A DNA stretch of 42,970 nucleotides from Patescibacteria group bacterium (GCA_038065795.1 JBBTQG010000013.1:1-42970); one strand, 5' to 3'. Counted from the first letter of the stretch, positions 18,810-27,322 are shown. A program made the numbers and translations. Notes: a model not told the origin generated them from the letters alone.

Positions 18810-19103
18810 ATGATTAGCAAGGAACAATTACGGCATCTATCAAATTTGGCGAAAATAGAGTTGAATGATAATGAATTGGAAAAATTGCAAAAAGATTTGA
18901 ATGAAATTTTAGTGTATGTTGAGCAGGTTGAAACGATAGCGATAGACGATATTGAAGCTATGAGCTCTGGTCCTTTGCAAGAGATTTTATTGAGAGAGGA
19001 TATTGTTCAAGATAAAGATATTGAAGTAATTAAACAAATCATCTCGGCATTTCCAGAAAAAGAAAACGGATATCTAAAAGTCCCGAAGATATTAAATAAA
19101 TAG
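18810..19103 (+). CDS. gatC: Asp/Glu-tRNA amidotransferase subunit C
   Basis: ISKEQLRHLSNLAKIELNDNELEKLQKDLNEILVYVEQV typical GatC; 97 aa. Confidence 0.8.
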   Translation: MISKEQLRHLSNLAKIELNDNELEKLQKDLNEILVYVEQVETIAIDDIEAMSSGPLQEILLREDIVQDKDIEVIKQIISAFPEKENGYLKVPKILNK

Positions 19104-19172
19104 TTTATTTTGAGTAAAGTTTGTTTACGCTGAGCGTAAGCGATAATAGCTTGCTCCGAGCGTAAGTGAGGA

Positions 19173-19245
19173 GCCCTTGTAGCTTAATCGGAAGAGCAGT
19201 TCCGTCCTAAGGAAAAGGTTCTCCGTTCGAGTCGGAGCAGGGGCA
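19173..19245 (+). tRNA. tRNA-Arg (anticodon CCU)
   Basis: Manual cloverleaf: acceptor GCCCTTG/CAGGGGC, D-loop with GG, anticodon loop GTCCTAA (U33, CCT, A37), T-arm CTCCG-TTCGAGT-CGGAG, discriminator A; no encoded CCA. Confidence 0.8.
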
Positions 19246-19263
19246 CATAGTATTTTTTAAGCC

Positions 19264-20883
19264 ATGCTTTCATTTTTAGAGTTTATTGGGATAAGTTCAA
19301 TAGCCGCGGCTGTTGTTTCTTTAATAACATATATTTTGAAGCAGCCGCAGATTTTAGGATTTCTTGTTTTGGGAGTGTTGATGAGCTCATTTTTTTTAAC
19401 GCAAGTGCCAATAAATTTAATAGAGGACACATCCTTGCTTGGAATAGCGCTTTTACTTTTTTTGATTGGAACTGAACTTAATATATCAAAAATTAAAAAA
19501 ATGGGGAGAGAATCTGCTGTTGTTGGAATTGGTCAAGTTTTAATCACAACAATTCTCGGTTTTTTAATTGCGTCAACGCTCGGTTTTGGCTTGACGGCAT
19601 CGTTAATTCTGGCTCTTGCGTTTTCGTTTAGTTCTACGGTTATTGTTGTAAAATTGATTTCCGATAAAAACGATATAGATTCTCTTTACGGAAGATTGAC
19701 GCTGGGAATTTTATTAATTCAAGATTTAATAGCGATTTTGCTCTTGATTTTATTGGAAGCGAAAAATTTTAATAATTTTATTTCGGCAATTGTATTTTTT
19801 TCTGGACTTTTTATTTTAGGATATTTGTTTTCGCCACGAATTTATAATTATTTCAGAAAAAGTTCAGAGGCGTTATTTTTTTTAAGTCTTGCGTGGGTTT
19901 TTGTATTTATTTTTTCAGCGAAATTTTTTAATTTAGGAGTTGAAATTCCGGCGCTTTTAGCTGGAATTAGCTTAGCGAGTGTTCCGCAGGTACTGGAAAT
20001 TTCAAGACGCATGCGTCCATTAAGAGATTTATTTTTGATTTTTTTCTTTATTAGTCTTGGCTCTCGAATATTTTTTTCAACAGATGTAATTTTGCCAGTT
20101 GCGATTTTTTCAGCATTTGTGTTAATTGGAAAATTGTTGATAATTTATTTTATTTTGAAAATATTAGGATATCAGAACAGAGTCAGTTTTTTTACTGGAA
20201 TTAATTTAGCCCAGATAAGCGAGTTCTCGCTGATTTTAGGAATTTTGTCGGCAAGACTCGGATATATTAATAAAAGCGAACTCGCAATTTTAGGATTGGT
20301 TGGACTTATAACCTTTTTTGCGTCTGCGTATCTAATTACATTTAGCAAAAAGATTTATAATTTTTTGAGAAAATTAAAAACGCAAAAAGAAATAGCTGAT
20401 GAAAGTTTATATGAAAATCATATTGTACTTATAGGTTTTCATAGAATTGGATATATTTTGGCGAATAAATTTAAAAATGATAATTTGTTGATTATAGAAT
20501 TTAATCCAGAGCTTATAAAAGCTTTGGAAAACGAAGGATTTAATTTTATTTACGGAGACATTGTAGATACGGATGTTGTTAAGCGCGCGAATATTGAAAA
20601 AGCAAAATTAGTTATTTCAACGGTGCCACTAGAAGAAGAAAATTTGTTTGTAATTTCAATGGCTAAATCGTATAAAGTTCCTGTAATTGTTACAGCTTTA
20701 AACTCAAAAGACGCGCTTGAATTTTATAAGGCAGGAGCGAACTATGTCATTATCCCCCACTTTCTTGGAGGGGAACATTCATCGGAATTTATCAAAAAAT
20801 TCATAGAAAACCCACAAAATGAAGATATAAAAAATACGCACATAATTGAGATGGAAAAGACCATAAAATTGGGGCATTTTTAA
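19264..20883 (+). CDS. cation:proton antiporter (CPA2/Kef-type) with C-terminal TrkA-N (KTN) domain
   Basis: About 12 hydrophobic segments, then the Rossmann-like HIVLIGFHRIGYILANKF. Confidence 0.8.
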   Translation: MLSFLEFIGISSIAAAVVSLITYILKQPQILGFLVLGVLMSSFFLTQVPINLIEDTSLLGIALLLFLIGTELNISKIKKMGRESAVVGIGQVLITTILGFLIASTLGFGLTASLILALAFSFSSTVIVVKLISDKNDIDSLYGRLTLGILLIQDLIAILLLILLEAKNFNNFISAIVFFSGLFILGYLFSPRIYNYFRKSSEALFFLSLAWVFVFIFSAKFFNLGVEIPALLAGISLASVPQVLEISRRMRPLRDLFLIFFFISLGSRIFFSTDVILPVAIFSAFVLIGKLLIIYFILKILGYQNRVSFFTGINLAQISEFSLILGILSARLGYINKSELAILGLVGLITFFASAYLITFSKKIYNFLRKLKTQKEIADESLYENHIVLIGFHRIGYILANKFKNDNLLIIEFNPELIKALENEGFNFIYGDIVDTDVVKRANIEKAKLVISTVPLEEENLFVISMAKSYKVPVIVTALNSKDALEFYKAGANYVIIPHFLGGEHSSEFIKKFIENPQNEDIKNTHIIEMEKTIKLGHF

Positions 20884-20990
20884 TCGAGCACCAATTGTAA
20901 TATTGAAAAACTAGTGAAAAACGCGCATTATAATTGAAAAAATTTAGGATTGTAATTGTTATTGAAATTATTACAATTGGCGCTCGATTA
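20881..20990. repeat. 110-bp element bounded by 22-bp inverted repeats TAATCGAGCACCAATTGTAATA / TATTACAATTGGCGCTCGATTA (1 mismatch)
   Basis: Arms 20881-20902 and 20969-20990; left arm starts on the TAA stop of the antiporter gene; right arm overlaps the TTATCCACA box. Confidence 0.6.
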
Positions 20991-20996
20991 TCCACA
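20988..20996 (+). promoter_or_regulatory. TTATCCACA box 42 nt upstream of TATAAT 21030-21035
   Basis: Exact 9-mer; lies just upstream of the TTGCAT -35. Confidence 0.5.
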
Positions 20997-21006
20997 TTTT
21001 TAATAC

Positions 21007-21035
21007 TTGCATTATTTTTGAATATGTTTTATAAT
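21007..21035 (+). promoter_or_regulatory. sigma70-type promoter TTGCAT-17 nt-TATAAT
   Basis: TTGCAT 21007-21012, 17-nt spacer, TATAAT 21030-21035; ATG at 21046 implies a very short leader. Confidence 0.6.
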
Positions 21036-21045
21036 AAATAGTATC

Positions 21046-22113
21046 ATGAAGATAAAAGTATACGACGCTATGTCAGATATAGTATCTGATCTAACAGAAC
21101 GGGAAAAAGATGTAATTTTGAGACGATTTGGTTTAGGACAAGAAAAGCAAACCCTTCAAGCAGTGGGCGATATTTATGGTTTGACAAGAGAAAGGGTAAG
21201 ACAGATTCAAGATAAATCAATAGTTGATATAACCCCAAAATTAAGCAAGCATTCTTTTTTGGAAGAGCTTTCAAGAAACGCTCAAAAATCTCTTGGAAAA
21301 ATAAAAATTAAACGAGAAAGAACGCTACTTGATGATCTAGGTAGAATGTATAATCTTTCAGGAGACGATATTAATTATTTAAGATTTTTTTTAATTCTTC
21401 ATAAAAAACTTTCATACAATCCAGAAGATGATAATTTTCACGGGTACTGGGGTGATTCTACTCAAAGAACCAAAACAGCAAATCAAGTGCTAAAAAGGAT
21501 TATAGCGATGCTTTCAAAAAGACCTAGTAAGCTTTGGACATCAAAGGAAATTTTTGAGATTATTGAAGATGAAATAAAGAAAGGTCTTGGTGTAAAAGGA
21601 GATGCCGATGAACTAAAAGATTTTATGAGAATATTGAAAGTGATTGGAAAAAATCCAAGAAATGAATTTGGACTTTTGAATCATCCACATATTTCTCCAA
21701 CTTCATTAGACGATAAAGTTTATTTTGTTTTGGATAGTAAAAATGAACATATGCATTTTACTGAAATTTATGACGCCTTGCAAGAATTGTCTGAAATAGA
21801 AGATGAATTTATAAGTAAAAGATGGAAAAAAGATTATTCAAAGCAATCAATTCAAAATCTTTTGATTATGAATCCAGAATTTGTTTGGGCAGGAAGAGGA
21901 ACATATGCTTTAAAAAAATGGGGAGTTGTAGAAGGAACAATTCAAGATATAATGGCGAATATTGTTAAAAAATATAAAGAAATTGACAGACAGAAATTGA
22001 TGGAAGAATTAGCAAAAGAAAGAAGATTTTCAAAAATAACTTTTGAAGCGTATTTGAGAGATAAATCTCGTTTTTCTATAGCGCCTGACGGGACTATAAG
22101 GCTCGTAAAATAA
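21046..22113 (+). CDS. DNA-binding protein: N-terminal sigma-70 region-4-like HTH plus C-terminal HARE-HTH-like module
   Basis: LTEREKDVILRRFGLGQEKQTLQAVGDIYGLTRERVRQIQDKSI matches region 4.2; MHFTEIYDALQEL...WAGRGTYALKKWG resembles the HARE-HTH of RNAP delta-type proteins. Confidence 0.6.
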   Translation: MKIKVYDAMSDIVSDLTEREKDVILRRFGLGQEKQTLQAVGDIYGLTRERVRQIQDKSIVDITPKLSKHSFLEELSRNAQKSLGKIKIKRERTLLDDLGRMYNLSGDDINYLRFFLILHKKLSYNPEDDNFHGYWGDSTQRTKTANQVLKRIIAMLSKRPSKLWTSKEIFEIIEDEIKKGLGVKGDADELKDFMRILKVIGKNPRNEFGLLNHPHISPTSLDDKVYFVLDSKNEHMHFTEIYDALQELSEIEDEFISKRWKKDYSKQSIQNLLIMNPEFVWAGRGTYALKKWGVVEGTIQDIMANIVKKYKEIDRQKLMEELAKERRFSKITFEAYLRDKSRFSIAPDGTIRLVK

Positions 22114-22215
22114 AGTAAATCAATTATATTTTTAATTGTATTGTTGTATATTTATTGTATAAAAATTTTTAATTCTCTAATATAATTATCTTAATAGTCA
22201 TTTTTGGACATTTAA

Positions 22216-23505
22216 ATGTTTTATATATTAGATTTTTTTAGTTTTTTATTTGGAGCTATTTTTTCAATTTGGTGGATAATTTTACCGATTATGTTGGCGT
22301 GGTTCATTTGGGAAAAGAATTTAACAACAGTGAGAATGAATTTTCTTGGGAAATTGGAGTGGGTTTATATGGAAATTCATATTCCGCCAAATGTAACAAG
22401 AACCCCGAAAGCTATGGAAGAAGTTTTTAATGCTTTGCATGGTGTTCATAGAAAAGGCAATAAGTATATGAGATATGTAGGAGGATTTATACCGCCATAC
22501 TATGTTTTTGAATTAATAGGCAATAATGGAAAATTAAGATTTGTTATAAGATGCTTGAAAGAACACAAAGAATTGGTTAAGACAAGAATTTATTCTCAAT
22601 ATCCAGAGGCAAAAGTTGAAGAGATTGAAGACCCATTAAAAGATTTACCCGAAAAAGTTCCAGAATCTACATATAATATTTTCGGAACAGAGTTGGGTCT
22701 CATAAAAGATTCAGCTTATCCAATAAGAACATATGAAGTTTGGGAAAAATTGCCAGAAGAACAAAGAATTGACCCTATTTCCGCGTTATCAGAAGGAGCA
22801 AGTCAACTCGGCGAAGATGAATGGGTAATAATTCAGATTTTTGGAATGCCTGTGCCGCCGGATTCAGCGGAATGGGGAGACGAATGGGGGACCAAAGGAA
22901 AAAAAATAGTTGATAAATTGGCTGGAAGAAAAGAAGAAGAAAAAGAAAGAAATCCATTTGAAATAATCGGAGAGTTTATAGTGAATTTAATTTTAGCGCC
23001 ATTTAGAACTCCTCAATGGAAAGAAATCAAAAAAGAAGAAAGACAATATCCTACTCAAATGCAGTTTTTAACTCCCGGAGAAAAAGAGGTGCTGGAAGCT
23101 GTTGAAAAAAAATTATCAAAGCCGGGTTTTTGGGGTTGCGCAAGATTTGCTTATATTGCGAGAAAAGGCATATTTAGGGAAAAAATGCCGCAAAATGTAG
23201 GATTACTTTTTGGTTATATGAAAATTTTTAGCGCGCCCCATATGAACAGCTTAGTTAGAATCGCAGACAGCATGACATCAGTTGATTCCCCTGGTTATTT
23301 TATAAAAGAAAGAACATTTTTTAGAAAAAGATTTTTGTATTCATACATTAGGGGTCGGTGGAGAAGCGATTTCAAATTTCATGTTTTGACTTCTGATGAG
23401 ATGGCAACTTTATTTCATATTCCTGTTGAAGTTGTTCCAGCCCCGGGTGTTGAAAGAAGAGTTGTTATTGAAAAAGCTCCGAGCGCGGATATTCCAACAT
23501 TATAA
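22216..23505 (+). CDS. membrane-anchored protein of unknown function (429 aa), partner of the downstream ATPase
   Basis: About 30-residue N-terminal hydrophobic hairpin, large soluble domain, charged EEEKE linker; stop is 2 nt before the ATPase ATG. Confidence 0.6.
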   Translation: MFYILDFFSFLFGAIFSIWWIILPIMLAWFIWEKNLTTVRMNFLGKLEWVYMEIHIPPNVTRTPKAMEEVFNALHGVHRKGNKYMRYVGGFIPPYYVFELIGNNGKLRFVIRCLKEHKELVKTRIYSQYPEAKVEEIEDPLKDLPEKVPESTYNIFGTELGLIKDSAYPIRTYEVWEKLPEEQRIDPISALSEGASQLGEDEWVIIQIFGMPVPPDSAEWGDEWGTKGKKIVDKLAGRKEEEKERNPFEIIGEFIVNLILAPFRTPQWKEIKKEERQYPTQMQFLTPGEKEVLEAVEKKLSKPGFWGCARFAYIARKGIFREKMPQNVGLLFGYMKIFSAPHMNSLVRIADSMTSVDSPGYFIKERTFFRKRFLYSYIRGRWRSDFKFHVLTSDEMATLFHIPVEVVPAPGVERRVVIEKAPSADIPTL

Positions 23506-23507
23506 AA

Positions 23508-25016
23508 ATGTCAGATGTAACTCCAATTGGAACAATTCAGTTTAGGGAGAGAGAAATTAAATTTGGCGTGAAAAGAGATGACCGAAGGAGGCATATGTAT
23601 GTTATTGGTAAAACTGGCTCTGGAAAAACAACTCTTTTGGAAAATTTGATAATCAATGATATTAAAACAAAAGAAGGGATTGGATATATGGACCCGCACG
23701 GAGATAGTGTTAAGAGAATTTTAAAATATATCCCAAAAGAGAGAATTCAGGATGTTATTTATTTTAATCCTGCTGACACAAATCATCCAATATCTTTTAA
23801 CCCGCTTGAAGGAGTGTCTTGGGATTATAGGCATTTAGTCGCGTCAAGTATTTTATCTGTATTTAAAAAAATATGGATTGACGCATGGTCGGCAAGAATG
23901 GAATATATTTTAACCAATACTTTGTTGGCTCTTCTTGAATTTGGAAATTCTTCGTTATTAGATATAAACAGAATGCTCGGAGATGATGAATTCAGAAAAA
24001 ACAGGGTCAAGAGATTAAGAGACCCGGTTATTAAAGCATTTTGGGAACAGGAATTCGCAAAATATCATTTGAATTTTAGAATTGAGGCAATTGCTCCGAT
24101 TCAAAATAAAGTAGGTCAGTTTATTGCGAATCCATTAATAAGAAACATAATCGGTCAGGAAAAATCAAGCCTTGATTTGAGAAAAGTTATGGATGAAAAG
24201 AAAATTTTTCTTGCGAATCTTTCAAAAGGCTTACTCGGAGAAGAAAGCTCTATGCTTTTGGGCGGACTTTTAATTACAACATTTCAGCTTGCGGCAATGT
24301 CAAGAGTGGATGTTGAAGAAGAAGAAAGAAAAGATTTTTATCTGTATATTGATGAGTTTCAAAATTTTTCAACAGAATCATTTGTTGGAATTCTTTCAGA
24401 AGCCAGAAAATATCGTTTAAATCTGATATTAGCGCACCAATACTTAGACCAAGTTATAGAAGAAATTATGAATTCTGTTTTTGGAAATGTCGGAACTTTC
24501 ATAGTTTTCAAAACAGGCTCTATTGACGCCGAAAGATTTGAAAAAGAATACGGAGATGTGTATATTGACGAATTTGTTAATTTGCCAAAATATTACGCAT
24601 ATGTTAAGTTATTGGTTGATGGAATTACATCGCGACCATTTTTAGCTATTACATACCCAAATCCTACAATTCCAGAACAAACTTTTGAAAATGAAATAGT
24701 AAAATATTCCAGATTAAAATATGGAGAAAATATTGATGTCATTGAAACAAGAATCGCGTCGCATTATAGCAAAGATATTCCAGACAGAGAAAGAATTGTT
24801 ATGTATTGTGAAAATTGTCACCAAGAATTTGCGACAAACAAAAATAATCCTTCCAAAGTTTGTCAAGATTGTCAGAGTTTTAAAAAAGATACAGGGTTAT
24901 CTTTGAAAAATATTGCCGAAGATACTTTTATTGAACCAATGAAAAAAGAAAGAAAACCGAAAGAAGAAATTGACCAATTAAAATCTCTAATCAAAAAACT
25001 TCAAAAAGACGACTAA
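23508..25016 (+). CDS. FtsK/HerA/VirD4(TraD)-like P-loop NTPase with C-terminal zinc ribbon and Lys-rich tail
   Basis: Walker A GKTGSGKTT, Walker B FYLYIDEFQNF, ARKYRLNLILAHQYLDQ, CENC...CQDC; no TM of its own. Confidence 0.7.
   Translation: MSDVTPIGTIQFREREIKFGVKRDDRRRHMYVIGKTGSGKTTLLENLIINDIKTKEGIGYMDPHGDSVKRILKYIPKERIQDVIYFNPADTNHPISFNPLEGVSWDYRHLVASSILSVFKKIWIDAWSARMEYILTNTLLALLEFGNSSLLDINRMLGDDEFRKNRVKRLRDPVIKAFWEQEFAKYHLNFRIEAIAPIQNKVGQFIANPLIRNIIGQEKSSLDLRKVMDEKKIFLANLSKGLLGEESSMLLGGLLITTFQLAAMSRVDVEEEERKDFYLYIDEFQNFSTESFVGILSEARKYRLNLILAHQYLDQVIEEIMNSVFGNVGTFIVFKTGSIDAERFEKEYGDVYIDEFVNLPKYYAYVKLLVDGITSRPFLAITYPNPTIPEQTFENEIVKYSRLKYGENIDVIETRIASHYSKDIPDRERIVMYCENCHQEFATNKNNPSKVCQDCQSFKKDTGLSLKNIAEDTFIEPMKKERKPKEEIDQLKSLIKKLQKDD
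24942..25016 (+). repeat. 75-bp direct repeat, copy 1 (3' end of the ATPase gene including the stop)
   Basis: Identical to 25964-26038 by direct comparison. Confidence 0.9.
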
Positions 25017-25048
25017 TTTTTTATTTATTTTAAAAACCGCGTATTTTA

Positions 25049-25057
25049 TGGTATAAT
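25049..25057 (+). promoter_or_regulatory. extended -10 (TGgTATAAT) inside the inserted cassette
   Basis: TG 25049-25050, TATAAT 25052-25057; ATG 25065 is only 7 nt downstream. Confidence 0.4.
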
Positions 25058-25064
25058 TATATAG

Positions 25065-25358
25065 ATGCTTTTTAAAAAGAAAGAAAAAATTCCTGAATTT
25101 TTTAAACCTATTTTATGGTCATATAATTTTGATGATATAAATCCTCGCAAAGACAAAAAGGCGATCATATTAAATAGTATAAATTATGGCGGTTTAAATC
25201 ATTGGCGTTGGATAATGAAATATTATGGTAAAAAGGAAATTAAAAAAAATTTATTAAAAATTCATACAACAGAAATAAGACCAAGAGCGTTAAATTTGGC
25301 ATCAATAATTTTTGGTGTTAAAAATTTTAACTATGCACCAAGAGGTACTAAGCGATAA
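25065..25358 (+). CDS. small protein (97 aa), putative partner/antitoxin of the AbiEii-like nucleotidyltransferase
   Basis: Overlaps the downstream NTase gene; role inferred from context only. Confidence 0.45.
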   Translation: MLFKKKEKIPEFFKPILWSYNFDDINPRKDKKAIILNSINYGGLNHWRWIMKYYGKKEIKKNLLKIHTTEIRPRALNLASIIFGVKNFNYAPRGTKR

Positions 25359-25950
25359 GCAAAAAATAATCTTCTCAAAACTAAATAATTTTAACGATTT
25401 TTATCTTGCTGGCGGCACCGCATTAGCCTTGGAAATAGGTCATAGAATATCTGTTGATTTTGATTTATTTTCAGAAGAATCAATATCAGAAAAATTATTA
25501 ACAAAAGTTAAAAATGTTTTTTCGGGAGAAAATGTTTCTATATCAGTTAATAATTTCGATGAGCTTACTATTTTTATAGATGGGGTTAAAGTCACTTTTT
25601 TAAAGTACCCATTCCCTGTTTTATTTGATTTTATCGATTTTGACGGGGTTAAATTGTTGAATACAAAAGAAATTGCATCTACAAAAGCGTACACTATCGG
25701 CAGAAGGGGAAGTTATAAGGATTATGTAGATTTGTATTTTATATTGTATGAAAACCATATTTTTTTAAATGAAATTTTGGAAATATCTGAAAAAAAATTC
25801 AAAAACGAATTTAATGGACGCTTATTTTTAGAGCAACTTGTTTATTTAGACGATATTGAGGATTTAGATGTAATTTTTTTGAAAAATAAAATAGACAAAA
25901 AAACCATAATAGAATTTTTTGTTAATGAAATCAAAAAAGTTAAAATATAA
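25333..25950 (+). CDS. nucleotidyltransferase, AbiEii/AbiGii toxin-like
   Basis: FYLAGGTALALEIGHRISVDFDLF matches the GGTAL...HR.S.D.D NTase motif of AbiEii-type toxins; track ORF starts at TTG 25312, ATG at 25333. Confidence 0.6.
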   Translation: MHQEVLSDKQKIIFSKLNNFNDFYLAGGTALALEIGHRISVDFDLFSEESISEKLLTKVKNVFSGENVSISVNNFDELTIFIDGVKVTFLKYPFPVLFDFIDFDGVKLLNTKEIASTKAYTIGRRGSYKDYVDLYFILYENHIFLNEILEISEKKFKNEFNGRLFLEQLVYLDDIEDLDVIFLKNKIDKKTIIEFFVNEIKKVKI

Positions 25951-25963
25951 AAATTTTTAATTA

Positions 25964-26038
25964 AAAAAAGAAAGAAAACCGAAAGAAGAAATTGACCAAT
26001 TAAAATCTCTAATCAAAAAACTTCAAAAAGACGACTAA
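25964..26038 (+). repeat. 75-bp direct repeat, copy 2 (non-coding duplicate of the ATPase 3' end)
   Basis: Identical to 24942-25016. Confidence 0.9.
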
Positions 26039-26089
26039 GGCGTAGTTATTTAATTAATTTTGGCTACATTTTTGAGAAGTCTAAAAATA

Positions 26090-26098
26090 TGGTAAAAT
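26090..26098 (+). promoter_or_regulatory. extended -10 (TGgTAAAAT) upstream of efp
   Basis: Read directly; ATG at 26163. Confidence 0.35.
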
Positions 26099-26162
26099 TA
26101 GAGTATTAGGGGCAATTCCGAAAGGGTTGTCTTTAATGTTTTGATTTTTCAAAAAAATAATC

Positions 26163-26729
26163 ATGAAAGCATCGCAAATTAAACAAGGAACAGTCGTTGA
26201 ATTTGAAGGAAAATATTTTAAAGTGTTGAAAGCAAGTCATTCACATATTGGCAGAGGCAAGGCAAATGTTGAAATGCAGATGAAAAATATTTTGACAGGA
26301 CAAAATTTAACAAGAGGATTTAAGGCTGACGAAGATGTAGGAGATATTGAAATTGAAAAAAAACAATTAGAATTCGCTTATAAAAAAAATAACGAGCTAT
26401 ATTTTTTTACTGATGCAAATGATGGGAAAAAAGATAAGTTAACTCTGAATGATACATTAGGAGAGCATTCTTTATTTTTAAAAAAGGGGATTAAAGTTGT
26501 CGGGATTTTTATTGACGACGAGTTTTTATCAGTTGAACTTCCTGTAAAAGAAACATATAAAGTTGTTTCCGCTCCGCCAAATATCAGGGGGAATACGGCT
26601 CAAGGCGGAGGCAAGGTTATTGAAATTGATTCAGGAGCTACATTATCAGTTCCGTTTTTTGTAAAAGAAGGTGATGAGATTGTTGTGAATATTGAAACAG
26701 GAGAATATGTCAGCAGAGCAAATTTTTAA
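26163..26729 (+). CDS. efp: elongation factor P
   Basis: 188 aa; N-terminal IKQGTVVEFEGKYFKVLKASHSHIGRGKANVEMQMKN and three-domain length typical of EF-P. Confidence 0.9.
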   Translation: MKASQIKQGTVVEFEGKYFKVLKASHSHIGRGKANVEMQMKNILTGQNLTRGFKADEDVGDIEIEKKQLEFAYKKNNELYFFTDANDGKKDKLTLNDTLGEHSLFLKKGIKVVGIFIDDEFLSVELPVKETYKVVSAPPNIRGNTAQGGGKVIEIDSGATLSVPFFVKEGDEIVVNIETGEYVSRANF

Positions 26730-26737
26730 TATCAAAT

Positions 26738-26767
26738 GCCGAAAACTTGATTTTCGGCGATGAAAAT
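26738..26767 (+). repeat. GCCGAAAA-loop-TTTTCGGC hairpin followed by GATGAAAAT (member of a recurring family)
   Basis: 8-bp stem 26738-26745/26751-26758, then GATGAAAAT; directly after efp; no T-tract immediately following. Confidence 0.6.
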
Positions 26768-26821
26768 AATTCTTTATTTTTATCTTTTTAATTTGTAATT
26801 AAAATTCTAAGTATAAAAAAA

Positions 26822-26854
26822 TAAAAAAACCGTACAACAAATTGTTGAACGGTT
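26822..26854 (-). terminator. intrinsic terminator candidate for the pentapeptide-repeat gene
   Basis: AACCGTACAACAA/TTGTTGAACGGTT stem (1 mismatch), followed on the minus strand by a T-run. Confidence 0.5.
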
Positions 26855-27234
26855 TACATTCCCTCTTCGTTTTCATAACTATAGTATTCATAATCAGGGT
26901 ATTCTTCATCTATATCTGTGCTTTCGTCAAATATTGCTTCTAATGCATCAGTTTTCCATATTTCCCAATTGTCATATTTTGCGCCTCGAAGATCGGCGCA
27001 ATAGAATCTTGTTTCACCATCAAATCTAGCGTCCCTTATATCTGAATTACGAAGTTGTGCTTCCTCAAGGTTTGTTCCTTCCAGTCGCGTCCCGGAAAAA
27101 TCAATTCCTACAAGATATTCTCTGATTAAATATGCTCCCCGAAGGTCGGGTATAATTCCTGGATGCTCTTTTCGCCATATATTCCACTCTTGCACTCCTC
27201 TAATCAGAATCTTCAGGTGCTCGGGATTAGCCAC
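26854..27234 (-). CDS. pentapeptide-repeat protein (126 aa) with acidic/aromatic C-terminal tail
   Basis: Runs of A(D/N)LxG-type pentapeptides (DLRGAYL, DFSGTRLEGTNLEEAQLRNSDIRDARF, ADLRGAKY); tail DIDEEYPDYEYYSYENEEGM. Confidence 0.75.
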   Translation of the reverse strand: MANPEHLKILIRGVQEWNIWRKEHPGIIPDLRGAYLIREYLVGIDFSGTRLEGTNLEEAQLRNSDIRDARFDGETRFYCADLRGAKYDNWEIWKTDALEAIFDESTDIDEEYPDYEYYSYENEEGM

Positions 27235-27313
27235 TTTAAATCACTCCTTTCTGATAGGTGTACTAATTCAATTATATTGCAAAATAATTTTTCCTGTCAA
27301 ATTGCTAAAATTA

Positions 27314-27322
27314 TGGTATACT
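27314..27322 (+). promoter_or_regulatory. extended -10 (TGgTATACT) upstream of dnaG
   Basis: Read directly; implies a leader of about 80 nt containing the TTGCAT repeats. Confidence 0.35.
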
